Part shown: piece after piece, positions 1 through 13,714 of the stretch
Layout: every line of letters begins with the position of its first letter
Position numbering within the stretch: position 1 is the first letter of the stretch
From: Escherichia phage BP32
Length of the DNA: 64,000 nt
Sequence record: OR906198.1
Reading direction: 5' to 3' (one strand)
Position numbers and translations under genes: made by a program
The notes under the pieces: model-generated
Databases searched by the model: none
Told to the model about the DNA's origin: nothing
Seen by the model: the letters and a program-made list of their open reading frames with translations, nothing else

Positions 1-3615
<3,615 letters not shown>

Positions 3616-3623
3616 AAGTCCTC

Positions 3624-4280
3624 TTAATAATAGCCGAAATCTTGAACAGAATCCTTAATAACAATTTGATCAAATCGTGGAACATGTGAGGGTTGAGATG
3701 CAGGATTCTGTGAAAAAAGGTTTGGCGCAGTTAAATTTCCTGTCATAGTATCTCCAGAGCGTAATACCCTAGAGTTTGCGTTTGCTGTAACAATATTTAT
3801 TGCTCCATCAACATAATCTTTCCGTGTAAGGTCATAATTATTTACTGGAGATAATGAAGCTGCGCGTATTTGTGATGCTTCAATTACACCCTTTGAGCTA
3901 ATATCTCCATTTCGCGTGTTAATTACTACAGTTCTACCTGCTGTTCCTTGTGATGATTTAAAACCAATACCATACCACGAAACAATATCCATATTTGTAG
4001 TATCATACGTGGCATTATCACCAGGACCAGCAAAAATACCATTGTCACCTGACCCTGCACCAGGAACAGTCATTCCTTTATTAAAAATTACTTTATTTAA
4101 ATACGTACCACCATTAGCTTTAGAAACGAAATCGTTATCAGTAGCTTGTGGTTTATTATATTCTGAATATATTTTAAATGATTTATAGAGTACATCGTCA
4201 CCGGCTGGATTCAATGGAAAATTTCCTTGATGCCAAATGACAGAGCCTCCAGTTGTTGAACCTACTTTTAAATCAGCCAT
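3624..4280 (-). CDS. 36: Long tail fibre distal connector gp36
   Basis: 218 aa ORF in T4 gene 36 position and size (T4 about 221 aa). Confidence 0.8.
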   Translation of the reverse strand: MADLKVGSTTGGSVIWHQGNFPLNPAGDDVLYKSFKIYSEYNKPQATDNDFVSKANGGTYLNKVIFNKGMTVPGAGSGDNGIFAGPGDNATYDTTNMDIVSWYGIGFKSSQGTAGRTVVINTRNGDISSKGVIEASQIRAASLSPVNNYDLTRKDYVDGAINIVTANANSRVLRSGDTMTGNLTAPNLFSQNPASQPSHVPRFDQIVIKDSVQDFGYY

Positions 4281-4304
4281 TGTATGCCCCTTTATTTTAA
4301 TAGT

Positions 4305-4312
4305 ATTTATAA
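4305..4312 (-). promoter_or_regulatory. T4-type late promoter TATAAATA upstream of gene 36
   Basis: Exact TATAAATA on minus strand in the 35-36 intergenic gap. Confidence 0.55.
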
Positions 4313-4319
4313 AGAAAAA

Positions 4320-4337
4320 GGGAACCCGAAGGCTCCC
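4320..4337 (-). terminator. Hairpin with UUCG loop downstream of gene 35
   Basis: gggaaccc-gaag-gctccc inverted repeat (one G-U pair) immediately after gene 35 stop. Confidence 0.4.
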
Positions 4338-4342
4338 TCAAT

Positions 4343-5458
4343 TTAAACTTCTCTAAATTCTTGCCCAAACACTTTACCAGTTTTAGACGATGCTTGCGTA
4401 GGAAGTACCATTATATCCGGAGGTGAAGCAGATTCACAGACATAATTAACTCGAATACCATTGACGCCAAATTCAGCAGGTTTTGAAATTCCGCCATTTC
4501 TTGATACTTCAGAAAAGCTTAAATTTCTCATGCCGCCTTGACCAGCTTGAGCAGTTCTTTGTGCATATATTGTAAATCCTACTGCGTTTTCTGGAATAAC
4601 TACATAATCTTCCTTTAATTCCCATGACCCAGCTTGTCCAGTAAACTCAGCATGTGTTGAAGAAATATATCCATTCGATTCATCATAAAAACGGATAGAT
4701 ATATTTGTAGTTCCAAGCGCAAGTAAATCGGCATCAGCATATAACTGTGCTTTAAGATAAAGAACATCGCCAGGAATTAAATTATAATCAGATAATTTAC
4801 TTATCGCGGATGAAGTTGGTAAACGTGCAATTTCGTTATTAGTTCCACCAACCGCTGACATAAATTGCTCAACGCTTTCATATGTTCTTTTAGGAAATCC
4901 TGTAGCTCCAACGTCTTCTAAACTATCAAATACAACATCTAAAATAGTTTGATAATCATCTGTGCTTTTTCTATTGCTTAATTTAACATGTTCTAATGCA
5001 ATAGCTCTTTTAGAAGAAGTGTAAAAAGCAGCATATGATACGTCAAATCTTGACAATATAGAATCAGATGGAAAAGCAGACGTTCCTGTGGCTCTTAGCC
5101 AAGATACTACCTCAGGAGGAAAATTAACCTTTCCACTAGTTAATATAGCAACAAGTCTATTATTCGTCAAAGAGTTCATGAAACCAACAAAAGCAGCTGA
5201 TGTAGTATCATTTGAAGTCGAAAAAGCATATGACTTACTATCAACTAATGCTCCTGTAGAAGGGTCAAAAACTCTTAAATGAAGACCTGTATTAAATGTT
5301 TGGCTTCCGATAGGATTATCCTGAAATTTGACATATGGTCCTGCTGTAGAAAGCGGGCAAGAACCCGCTATGCTTATTTTATATCTTACTGAATTGCTTT
5401 CCGATAAAAATGGCGTTTGGACATATCCTTGTCCAAACTCTGCCATAAATTTTTCCAT
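4343..5458 (-). CDS. 35: Long tail fibre hinge gp35
   Basis: 371 aa ORF, size and position as T4 gp35 (372 aa). Confidence 0.8.
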   Translation of the reverse strand: MEKFMAEFGQGYVQTPFLSESNSVRYKISIAGSCPLSTAGPYVKFQDNPIGSQTFNTGLHLRVFDPSTGALVDSKSYAFSTSNDTTSAAFVGFMNSLTNNRLVAILTSGKVNFPPEVVSWLRATGTSAFPSDSILSRFDVSYAAFYTSSKRAIALEHVKLSNRKSTDDYQTILDVVFDSLEDVGATGFPKRTYESVEQFMSAVGGTNNEIARLPTSSAISKLSDYNLIPGDVLYLKAQLYADADLLALGTTNISIRFYDESNGYISSTHAEFTGQAGSWELKEDYVVIPENAVGFTIYAQRTAQAGQGGMRNLSFSEVSRNGGISKPAEFGVNGIRVNYVCESASPPDIMVLPTQASSKTGKVFGQEFREV

Positions 5459-5466
5459 AATACCTC

Positions 5467-8400
5467 TTATTCAACCCATTCAAATTTAACCGTTTTATTC
5501 ACTGGGTCAGGAATAATACGAACATTACCAATTCGTAAGAAATCACGAATAGTAAGATTCCCCATTATAGCATTATCAGATGGTAAAGCACCAATATCAG
5601 ATGGCTGAGGAGGGTTACCCCCATCAAATACCTGAACAAAACTTGACCAAGAGTTTTTAGTTTTCTGCCATGTACGCGTCCAGCGAGTGGTGCGCGCTTC
5701 TGGGGTCGTTGGATAAGTAATCCAATCTTGGTAAAGCGAATCGAGTGTGTTACCAAACTGAGTCAACGTACCAGGAGATTTAACCTCTTCGCCGCGTTCT
5801 AAGTATGGAAGACCAGTCACTTCATTAGTTTTTTCAACCATCTTAAAATAACCCGGGAACTGGTTATAAGTGGCTGAATCATTAATATCGATTGACCAGA
5901 ATCCTACGGTATCAGATGTTGGCGCACGGGTATATAAATCAGAGGTTTTAGTACCCTGAGAACGAATTCTCGAGTTAACAGTTAAACCACCTGAAGTTAT
6001 AGTAGCACCTTTGGCAATGATTAAGCTTTCACCAATTGTAACCTGACCAGATTGATTATTAATAGCTAAAGGACGTAATCCATTAAATCCACCAGTCTGA
6101 TCGCCAGATGCAGTAAGCATAAAATAGGTGTTAGCAGCATCATTGCGAATAAAGAATCCATAATCACCGTTTATTGCTCTAAAAGCATTCGACGATTTAC
6201 TGATAAATTCGCCATTAGCAGTAACTGAACTACCGAATGTTGCAACTCCATTCGCATTCAATGTTCCTGAAGCATTCACATTTATCGGTGTTACTGTACC
6301 ATTAATGCTAAATGCTATATTACCATCTTTATTGCGTTGAGAATAAAAGTGATAAGATGTGTCATCACTAACTTCAAATACAGTAGAACGTGTTGTATCT
6401 GACCCGCCACCGAACTGATTTCCCCAAACTGTGATATTCATCGTCTGTGCTGGGTTAGTTCCAGTTTGAGGTCCTTTTTCAAAAATCAATTGAGTTGCTG
6501 TTCCAGTATTAGAAATAGTCAATGTACTATTTGCTGAAACTGATCCACCGAACGTAGCAGTACTAGATGATACAAGAGGGGCACTCAGATTCGTTTGTCG
6601 GGTTAAGGTTAGTGAACCATTAACCGTTTGTGCAATATCCCTACGAATGAACTGAGATGAATCTAGACCATCCAGTAAATTACTATCTACAGCTTTTGCT
6701 TTTAACGGCAAATAATTTGCTAATACACGGTTTAATTCGTATGGCGATACTGCATAACTATTTTTCTCGTACAATTCTAATGACTGTGTTGAACCAACTG
6801 TATCATTACCAACGAATGTAATTGAACCAGATGAAGTTTTAACAAAACCTCTTACCAGGGTAGTAGCTGCCCAAGTAGGTTCACTCTGCACAATCCATTT
6901 TAAATTTTTTGGAGATACAGCAGTATTTGCTGACGTTCCAGCTACAGTTTCAGACTGAGTTGCAACTTTAATAACGCCTTCCTGTGCTTCAGTAGATTTA
7001 GTACCTAAAAGCTTTTTAGGAGTTATTAGAACATTATCCAATGTTCCTGCAGCAGCTTCAACTTGTGTAGCTACACGAAGTGTACCACGCTGTGTCTCAT
7101 TTGCTTCAAGAATATTAAGGGTATAATGGTCCCAGAGAGTTCCTGATTCAACTAATCCAGATAGAGCAACAACAGAAGTACGATCAGTACTATTAAATCT
7201 GGTTTTAATTTTTAATGGTGTAGAGATACGAGTATCGTCGACGCCTGCGTCGAATTCAACTTGCGTAGCAATTTCAGCTATACCACTTAAACTTTCAGTT
7301 GCTTTACGGTCATTTAAAGTTTTAGGAGTGACTGCACGAGTATAATCAGTTCCTGTATTAACTTCACTTTGCGTAGCAATTTCAATTAAACCAATTCTTC
7401 CATCAGTTGATGTCTTTTTATGTAACGTTTCTGGCGTTACAACAGCATTTGCCCATCCTTCCTGACTTTGTCCAGCAATTACTTCACTTTCAACTGCTAA
7501 AATTACCGCACCTTGTTGTGTTGGAGTAGCTTTATACTGATCCAAAGCTTTAGGTGAAACAACTAAATTATTAGTGTTTTTATTATAAACATTCGTACCA
7601 TTTAATTCACGGCTAGAAGCTGGAGTAGCACCTGCAGTAGATACAAAGGTTACAATACCAGATAATGATTCAGAACCTTGACGAGCTTGAAGCTTTTTAG
7701 GAGTGATGATTGTAGCATCATCAGTACCTGCATTAGTTTCTTGCTGCGTAGCAATTTCAGCAACACCTCTACGAGTTTCTGTGGCAGTTCTTTCATTCAG
7801 CTTTTTAGGAGTGACGATAATATCATCAGCAAAAGAGAATGTAGTATCCTGGTTCACTTGGGCAGTAGTTGCTATTCTTGCGATACCTCTACGAGTTTCT
7901 GTAGCAGTACGGTTAGCTAATGTTTCTGGTGTAATTGCTAATTCTTTTTGCGGAGAATTTTCTAAATCAGCATTTGCTTGAGCTTGTGTAGCTAAAGCTA
8001 TTACGCCTAATCTTGCTCTAGTAGAATCATTTAAAGAATCAACTCTTTCAACTGTTGGAACGTTTTGTTGTACAACCCAGTATTTTCCGTCAGAATCTTC
8101 TATATAAGCAAGCTGTAAAACTGGAACATAATTAGTTTCGCCGTTAAAAACTAATTCTTGAACAGTCACCCATTTAGTTTCAGGCGGATATTCTGAACGT
8201 TTTGGGAATTGCAGCAATTGAACTGAAGAAGCAATTTTATCTTCACCAGCAGCTTTGATTTTAACTGTTTGGCCTTTTCTCATGTAATTCATGGAAATTT
8301 TAACAGTATCACCAATGGAAATATCAGTTGGAAGCTGAAGTTCAATTGTTTGAGTTGTTCCGTTATTCGCTCCAAATACCATAACTTCTTCATTTGGAAG

Positions 8401-9336
8401 AATATTTGAATTAGTTGTTATAATACGTAAACGTGCTTTACTGTCCCCGTCAAACAATCTCCACAATTTTTCATTATCATCATACATCAAGAAACCATCA
8501 ATCGATGTACGACCTTCAATGGAATGAGTTCCATCTTCTTGTATTGAAGTAGTTTCGTCGTATGTAGTAACAATTGTATGATAAAGTGGATTTAGTTTGT
8601 CTAAATCGACGAAATTAATAATATCGCCATGATTAGCAAATCTCGGAAGTTTAATATTAATCGGCGCAGCGGAAGTAAATCTACGCACGATAAAATCGTT
8701 AGATTGCGCCTGATAAAGACTTGCCGGTGTTACAACTGCAGCTTCTCTGCTATAATCAGCAACATACATTTGCCACAGACGATTACTAAAAATTAAAACT
8801 ATCTGCGATTTTGGATGAGTCATTAGTACTGATCGTACTTGCTGACCTCTAAAATTTACAATGCTTTGCACCGGAGCGGTAATTAAAACTTGGTTAACAC
8901 CAGGTTTTCCTCCAATGTCTTGGAGAACGATAGTATCTCCATCAATTGGGGAAGATGGTAAAGTAAATGTAATGTCATTACCGGCTGCAGTATCAACTGA
9001 AATTGATTCGCCTGACTTTAATTGATAAGGTCCTGATGAAACAGTTGTCCAATTAGCATCAGTACGTAATGCTCTCCAGCGTACGCTATTAAAAGCTCCT
9101 GCTGGTTTTGGAATATCATTTATAGCAGCCCAAAAGCGGTTATCATAAATGATTACAAAATCTTTTAAATATCCACGAGTTGGATCGTATTGTTGAACTG
9201 TGTTTTCTTGAATTAAGTAATCAACGTTGACACCGTCAGTTCCTACGGTACGATCAGCTAAAGCTACGTTGATTATTTTATCGCCACCTGCGTCCAGACC
9301 GTCTTCTGCTCTGAACTTTCTTTTAATCTCGGCCAT
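5467..9336 (-). CDS. 34: Long tail fibre proximal subunit gp34
   Basis: 1289 aa ORF, same length as T4 gp34, adjacent to rnh. Confidence 0.9.
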   Translation of the reverse strand: MAEIKRKFRAEDGLDAGGDKIINVALADRTVGTDGVNVDYLIQENTVQQYDPTRGYLKDFVIIYDNRFWAAINDIPKPAGAFNSVRWRALRTDANWTTVSSGPYQLKSGESISVDTAAGNDITFTLPSSPIDGDTIVLQDIGGKPGVNQVLITAPVQSIVNFRGQQVRSVLMTHPKSQIVLIFSNRLWQMYVADYSREAAVVTPASLYQAQSNDFIVRRFTSAAPINIKLPRFANHGDIINFVDLDKLNPLYHTIVTTYDETTSIQEDGTHSIEGRTSIDGFLMYDDNEKLWRLFDGDSKARLRIITTNSNILPNEEVMVFGANNGTTQTIELQLPTDISIGDTVKISMNYMRKGQTVKIKAAGEDKIASSVQLLQFPKRSEYPPETKWVTVQELVFNGETNYVPVLQLAYIEDSDGKYWVVQQNVPTVERVDSLNDSTRARLGVIALATQAQANADLENSPQKELAITPETLANRTATETRRGIARIATTAQVNQDTTFSFADDIIVTPKKLNERTATETRRGVAEIATQQETNAGTDDATIITPKKLQARQGSESLSGIVTFVSTAGATPASSRELNGTNVYNKNTNNLVVSPKALDQYKATPTQQGAVILAVESEVIAGQSQEGWANAVVTPETLHKKTSTDGRIGLIEIATQSEVNTGTDYTRAVTPKTLNDRKATESLSGIAEIATQVEFDAGVDDTRISTPLKIKTRFNSTDRTSVVALSGLVESGTLWDHYTLNILEANETQRGTLRVATQVEAAAGTLDNVLITPKKLLGTKSTEAQEGVIKVATQSETVAGTSANTAVSPKNLKWIVQSEPTWAATTLVRGFVKTSSGSITFVGNDTVGSTQSLELYEKNSYAVSPYELNRVLANYLPLKAKAVDSNLLDGLDSSQFIRRDIAQTVNGSLTLTRQTNLSAPLVSSSTATFGGSVSANSTLTISNTGTATQLIFEKGPQTGTNPAQTMNITVWGNQFGGGSDTTRSTVFEVSDDTSYHFYSQRNKDGNIAFSINGTVTPINVNASGTLNANGVATFGSSVTANGEFISKSSNAFRAINGDYGFFIRNDAANTYFMLTASGDQTGGFNGLRPLAINNQSGQVTIGESLIIAKGATITSGGLTVNSRIRSQGTKTSDLYTRAPTSDTVGFWSIDINDSATYNQFPGYFKMVEKTNEVTGLPYLERGEEVKSPGTLTQFGNTLDSLYQDWITYPTTPEARTTRWTRTWQKTKNSWSSFVQVFDGGNPPQPSDIGALPSDNAIMGNLTIRDFLRIGNVRIIPDPVNKTVKFEWVE

Positions 9337-9370
9337 TCTCCCGGGCTCCTATTGTGTTTTCAATAATAAG

Positions 9371-9378
9371 TATTTATA
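9371..9378 (-). promoter_or_regulatory. T4-type late promoter TATAAATA for gene 34
   Basis: Exact TATAAATA on minus strand about 35 bp upstream of gene 34 start. Confidence 0.6.
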
Positions 9379-9440
9379 CTTGTTTACTTTAAGATTTGGA
9401 TAGTATATAATAAAAATCTCACTAATTGAACGAGGTTCAT

Positions 9441-10358
9441 ATGGATTTAGAAATGATGCTGGATGAAGATTACAAAGAAGGAATCTGCTTAATTGACTTT
9501 AGTCAGATTGCGCTTTCAACTGCTTTGGTAAACTTCCCAGATAAAGAAAAAATTAATTTATCAATGGTTCGTCATTTGATATTGAACTCAATTAAGTTCA
9601 ATGTTAAAAAAGCAAAAACTCTTGGATACACTAAAATTATACTGTGTATCGATAACGCGAAATCTGGATACTGGCGTCGTGATTTCGCTTATTACTATAA
9701 GAAAAACCGTGGAAAAGCGCGAGAAGAATCTACTTGGGACTGGGAAGGTTATTTTGAATCCAGTCATAAAGTTATAGATGAATTAAAAGCTTATATGCCA
9801 TACATTGTTATGGATATTGATAAGTATGAAGCAGATGACCATATTGCTGTTCTTGTTAAAAAGTTCTCTTTAGAAGGACATAAGATTTTAATCATTTCGT
9901 CGGATGGTGACTTTACTCAACTTCACAAATACCCAAATGTTAAGCAATGGTCACCGATGCACAAGAAATGGGTTAAAATTAAAAGCGGTTCTGCTGAAAT
10001 TGACTGTATGACTAAAATCCTTAAAGGTGACAAAAAGGATAACGTTGCTTCAGTTAAAGTACGATCTGACTTTTGGTTTACCAGAGTTGAAGGTGAACGA
10101 ACTCCTTCAATGAAAACATCTATTGTCGAAGCTATTGCTAATGACCGCGAGCAAGCTAAGGTGCTTCTCACCGAATCTGAATATAATCGATACAAAGAAA
10201 ATTTAGTTCTAATTGATTTTGATTATATTCCTGATAATATTGCTTCAAACATTGTGAATTACTATAATTCATATAAATTACCACCGCGTGGCAAAATTTA
10301 TTCATATTTTGTAAAAGCGGGTCTTTCTAAATTAACTAATAGCATTAATGAATTTTGA
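9441..10358 (+). CDS. rnh: RNase H (5'-3' exonuclease/flap endonuclease)
   Basis: ATG at 9441 with GAGG 5 nt upstream; MDLEMMLDEDYKEGICLIDFSQIALS matches T4 RNase H; 305 aa. Confidence 0.92.
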   Translation: MDLEMMLDEDYKEGICLIDFSQIALSTALVNFPDKEKINLSMVRHLILNSIKFNVKKAKTLGYTKIILCIDNAKSGYWRRDFAYYYKKNRGKAREESTWDWEGYFESSHKVIDELKAYMPYIVMDIDKYEADDHIAVLVKKFSLEGHKILIISSDGDFTQLHKYPNVKQWSPMHKKWVKIKSGSAEIDCMTKILKGDKKDNVASVKVRSDFWFTRVEGERTPSMKTSIVEAIANDREQAKVLLTESEYNRYKENLVLIDFDYIPDNIASNIVNYYNSYKLPPRGKIYSYFVKAGLSKLTNSINEF

Positions 10359-10366
10359 GGTGAATA

Positions 10367-10636
10367 ATGGCTAAAAAAGAAATGGTTGAATTTGATGAAG
10401 CTATCCATGGCGAAGACTTGGCTAAATTTATTAAAGAAGCATCTGATCATAAACTGAAAATTTCCGGTTATAATGAACTGATTAAAGATATTCGAATTCG
10501 TGCCAAAGATGAACTTGGCGTTGATGGTAAGATGTTTAATCGTCTATTAGCTTTGTATCATAAAGATAACCGTGATGTGTTTGAAGCTGAAACCGAAGAG
10601 GTAGTTGAACTTTATGACACAGTTTTCTCTAAATGA
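10367..10636 (+). CDS. dsbA: Double-stranded DNA binding protein DsbA
   Basis: 89 aa ORF in T4 dsbA position between rnh and gene 33. Confidence 0.8.
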   Translation: MAKKEMVEFDEAIHGEDLAKFIKEASDHKLKISGYNELIKDIRIRAKDELGVDGKMFNRLLALYHKDNRDVFEAETEEVVELYDTVFSK

Positions 10637-10952
10637 TATTCGTCCGGTCGATGAGACCGGTCTTTCAGAAAAAGAACTTTCAATTAAGAAAGAAAAGGAT
10701 GAAATTGCAAAGCTTCTTGACCGTCAAGAAAATGGATTTATTATTGAAAAAATGGTAGAAGAGTTTGGAATGAGTTATCTTGAAGCTACAACAGCATTCT
10801 TAGAAGAAAATTCTATTCCTGAAACTCAATTTGCTAAATTTATTCCTTCGGGTATAATTGAAAAAATTCAGTCAGAAGCTATTGACGAAAATCTTTTACG
10901 TCCTTCTGTTGTTCGTTGTGAAAAAACTAATACATTAGATTTTCTACTATGA
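10614..10952 (+). CDS. 33: Late transcription accessory protein gp33
   Basis: MTQFSLNDIRPVDETGLSEKELSI matches T4 gp33; 112 aa from ATG at 10614; overlaps dsbA end. Confidence 0.88.
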   Translation: MTQFSLNDIRPVDETGLSEKELSIKKEKDEIAKLLDRQENGFIIEKMVEEFGMSYLEATTAFLEENSIPETQFAKFIPSGIIEKIQSEAIDENLLRPSVVRCEKTNTLDFLL

Positions 10953-11602
10953 TTAAACTCCGCATGCCTGCTGGTGGTGAAAGATATATTGATGGTAAAT
11001 CAGTTTATAAATTATACTTAATGATAAAACAACATATGAATGGAAAGTATGATGTAATTAAGTATAATTGGTGCATGCGGGTGTCTGATGCCGCTTATCA
11101 AAAGCGAAGGGATAAGTATTTTTTCCAGAAGTTATCAGAAAAATATAAATTAAAGGAACTTGCTTTAATCTTTATAAGCAATCTTGTTGCTAACCAAGAT
11201 GCTTGGATTGGTGACATCTCTGACGCTGATGCACTTGTGTTTTATCGTGAATATATCGGACGCTTAAAGCAAATTAAATTTAAGTTTGAAGAAGATATTC
11301 GCAATATTTACTATTTTAGTAAAAAAGTTGAAGTTTCTGCTTTTAAAGAAATCTTTGAGTATAATCCAAAAGTTCAATCAAGTTATATTTTTAAACTACT
11401 TCAATCGAATATAATTTCGTTTGAGACGTTTATCTTGCTTGATTCGTTTTTAAATATAATTGATAAACATGATGAACAGACTGATAATTTAGTCTGGAAT
11501 AATTATTCTATAAAGTTAAAGGCTTATAGAAAAATTTTAAATATTGATTCACAGAAAGCCAAAAGTGTTTTCATTGAAACTGTGAAATCCTGCAAGTATT
11601 AA
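10949..11602 (+). CDS. 59: Helicase loader gp59
   Basis: 217 aa, same length and position as T4 gp59; start overlaps gene 33 stop (ATGA). Confidence 0.88.
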   Translation: MIKLRMPAGGERYIDGKSVYKLYLMIKQHMNGKYDVIKYNWCMRVSDAAYQKRRDKYFFQKLSEKYKLKELALIFISNLVANQDAWIGDISDADALVFYREYIGRLKQIKFKFEEDIRNIYYFSKKVEVSAFKEIFEYNPKVQSSYIFKLLQSNIISFETFILLDSFLNIIDKHDEQTDNLVWNNYSIKLKAYRKILNIDSQKAKSVFIETVKSCKY

Positions 11603-11628
11603 TTGCTTATTATAAATAGATTATAATT
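11601..11628 (+). promoter_or_regulatory. Gene 32 promoter cluster: MotA-box-like TTGCTT, exact late TATAAATA (11611-11618) and TATAAT (11622-11627)
   Basis: Motifs seen directly upstream of gene 32. Confidence 0.5.
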
Positions 11629-11635
11629 ATCTCAC

Positions 11636-11701
11636 TGACCAGCTATGAGGTCATACATCGTCATAGCACCAACTGTTAATTAAATTAAAAAGGAAATAAA
11701 A
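11636..11701 (+). promoter_or_regulatory. Gene 32 mRNA translational operator (pseudoknot-forming segment plus AU-rich UUAAA repeats)
   Basis: tgaccagctatgaggtcatacatcgtcatagc followed by ttaattaaattaaaaaggaaataaaa immediately before the gene 32 ATG; matches my memory of the T4 autoregulatory leader. Confidence 0.6.
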
Positions 11702-12610
11702 ATGTTTAAACGTAAATCTACTGCTGAACTCGCTGCACAAATGGCTAAACTGGCTGGAAATAAAGGTGGTTTTTCTTCTGAAGATAAAGGCGAGTGGAAA
11801 CTGAAACTCGACAATGCGGGTAACGGTCAAGCAGTAATTCGTTTTCTTCCGTCTAAAAATGATGAACAAGCACCATTCGCAATTCTTGTAAATCACGGTT
11901 TCAAGAAAAATGGTAAATGGTATATTGAAAATTGTTCATCTACCCACGGTGATTACGATTCTTGTCCAGTATGTCAGTACATCAGTAAAAATGATTTGTA
12001 CAACACTGACAATAAAGAGTATGGTCTTGTTAAACGTAAAACTTCTTACTGGGCGAACATTCTTGTAGTAAAAGACCCAGCTGCTCCAGAAAATGAAGGT
12101 AAAGTATTTAAATACCGTTTCGGTAAAAAAATCTGGGATAAAATCAATGCAATGATTGCAGTTGATGTTGAAATGGGCGAAACTCCGGTTGATGTAACTT
12201 GCCCGTGGGAAGGTGCTAACTTTGTACTGAAAGTTAAACAAGTTTCTGGTTTTAGTAACTACGACGAATCTAAATTCCTGAATCAATCTGCGATTCCAAA
12301 CATTGATGATGAATCTTTCCAGAAAGAACTGTTCGAACAAATGGTTGACCTTTCTGAAATGACTTCTAAAGATAAATTCAAATCGTTTGAAGAACTGAGC
12401 ACTAAGTTCAGTCAAGTTATGGGAACTGCTGCTATGGGTGGTGCCGCAGCGACTGCCGCTAAGAAAGCTGATAAAGTTGCTGATGATTTGGATGCATTCA
12501 ATGTTGATGACTTCAAAACAAAAACTGAAGATGATTTTATGAGCTCAAGCTCTGGCAGTTCATCTAGTGCTGATGACACGGACCTGGATGACCTTTTGAA
12601 TGACCTTTAA
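11702..12610 (+). CDS. 32: Single-stranded DNA binding protein gp32
   Basis: [50 protein letters not shown] matches T4 gp32. Confidence 0.95.
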   Translation: MFKRKSTAELAAQMAKLAGNKGGFSSEDKGEWKLKLDNAGNGQAVIRFLPSKNDEQAPFAILVNHGFKKNGKWYIENCSSTHGDYDSCPVCQYISKNDLYNTDNKEYGLVKRKTSYWANILVVKDPAAPENEGKVFKYRFGKKIWDKINAMIAVDVEMGETPVDVTCPWEGANFVLKVKQVSGFSNYDESKFLNQSAIPNIDDESFQKELFEQMVDLSEMTSKDKFKSFEELSTKFSQVMGTAAMGGAAATAAKKADKVADDLDAFNVDDFKTKTEDDFMSSSSGSSSSADDTDLDDLLNDL

Positions 12611-12632
12611 TAGATTATATTACTAATTAATT

Positions 12633-12658
12633 GGGGACCCTAGAGGTCCCCTTTTTTA
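12633..12658 (+). terminator. Rho-independent terminator after gene 32
   Basis: ggggacc-ctaga-ggtcccc hairpin followed by TTTTTT. Confidence 0.75.
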
Positions 12659-12682
12659 TTTCAAAAATTTTTTCACAAAACG

Positions 12683-12714
12683 GTTTACATCCTTGTCATT
12701 CCATGGTACTATAC
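12683..12714 (+). promoter_or_regulatory. T4-early-like promoter (GTTTAC -35, tactatac -10 region)
   Basis: GTTTAC at 12683-12688 with A/T-rich upstream and -10-like element 18 nt downstream. Confidence 0.4.
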
Positions 12715-12755
12715 AACTATCGGCAATACTGCTGATGATTAAAGAGGAAAATAAT

Positions 12756-12983
12756 ATGGCTAAAGTTGATATTGACATCGTTGATTTTGAATATATTGAA
12801 GAAATTATTCGTAATCGTTATCCTGAACTTAGAATCACAAATGTACAAGATTCTAAGTTTTGGAGTATTCAAATCGTTATTGAAGGTCCTCTTGAAGACC
12901 TCACCCGCTTTATGGCTAATGAATATTGTGATGGTATGGATGCTGAAGACGTAGAATTTTACATGGGACTGATCGAACAATAA
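12756..12983 (+). CDS. Small early protein of unknown function (frd.x region)
   Basis: ATG at 12756 with AGAGGA 6 nt upstream; 75 aa. Confidence 0.55.
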   Translation: MAKVDIDIVDFEYIEEIIRNRYPELRITNVQDSKFWSIQIVIEGPLEDLTRFMANEYCDGMDAEDVEFYMGLIEQ

Positions 12984-13026
12984 TTATCAAGGGGCTGTCA
13001 AGTCCCTATCAAAATGAGGAAACATT

Positions 13027-13407
13027 ATGTATACTGGTAGAAAGTATGAACTTGTTCCAAGACTTATTGATACATTTATTAATTATAGCCCACGTTCTAA
13101 TTCATCAATAGTTAAAGCTATTCGAGATAATGGCGGATGGTTTGAAGTTAAAGAAGTTTCCGTCGCTAATGGATATAAAGCAGTAAAACACATTGAATGC
13201 GCAAATGGAAAACATTTTTACCTCAAAGATAGACTTTTAGAAATTTGTGAAGACGAATTTCATTGTTTTCGTGAGTATAAAGAACCGACTTCTGAAGAAG
13301 ATGAAGTCGAAGACAAGATTTCTGGCGTAACAAAAATTCACTGCATTGTTGACGAAAACAATGTAGATGAAATCATTGAACTTTTGCGAAAAACTTTCAA
13401 AAAGTAG
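13027..13407 (+). CDS. Hypothetical early protein (126 aa)
   Basis: ORF with GAGGA Shine-Dalgarno; packed in frd-upstream cluster. Confidence 0.6.
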   Translation: MYTGRKYELVPRLIDTFINYSPRSNSSIVKAIRDNGGWFEVKEVSVANGYKAVKHIECANGKHFYLKDRLLEICEDEFHCFREYKEPTSEEDEVEDKISGVTKIHCIVDENNVDEIIELLRKTFKK

Positions 13408-13436
13408 TTTACAGAAGGGTAGTAGTGTGATACTAT
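13407..13436 (+). promoter_or_regulatory. T4-early-like promoter (GTTTAC ... gatactat) bracketed by inverted repeat
   Basis: GTTTAC at 13407-13412, -10-like 18 nt downstream; agggtagta/tactattaccct imperfect inverted repeat around the -10. Confidence 0.4.
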
Positions 13437-13461
13437 TACCCTATCAACTAAGGAGAATAAA

Positions 13462-13704
13462 ATGAGATTACAACGTCAGAGCATTAAAGATTCAGAAGCT
13501 AGAGGTAAATGGTATTTTAATATCATCGGTAAAGATTCTGAACTTGTTGAAAAAGCTGAACAACTTTTACGTGATATGGGATGGGAAGATGAATGCGATG
13601 GATGCCCTCTTTATGAAGATGGAGAAAGCGCAGGATTCTGGATTTATCATTCTGACGTCGATCAGTTTAAAGCTGATTGGAAAATTGTGAAAAAGTCTGT
13701 TTGA
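13462..13704 (+). CDS. Hypothetical early protein (80 aa)
   Basis: ORF with AAGGAG Shine-Dalgarno. Confidence 0.6.
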   Translation: MRLQRQSIKDSEARGKWYFNIIGKDSELVEKAEQLLRDMGWEDECDGCPLYEDGESAGFWIYHSDVDQFKADWKIVKKSV

Positions 13705-13714
13705 GGAAAATATT

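Noticed and set aside
7678-7981. Two overlapping plus-strand ORFs (80 and 92 aa) inside gene 34
   Set aside because: Fully embedded antisense to the well-supported 1289 aa tail fibre gene; no start signals; repetitive fibre sequence commonly yields spurious antisense frames.
9426-9440. ORF-track start codons upstream of the annotated starts (rnh at 9426, gene 33 at 10605, td at 15076, nrdA-upstream ORF at 15960, denA at 20004)
   Set aside because: These are TTG/GTG codons with poor or no Shine-Dalgarno spacing; the downstream ATGs match the remembered T4 N-termini and have proper ribosome binding sites.
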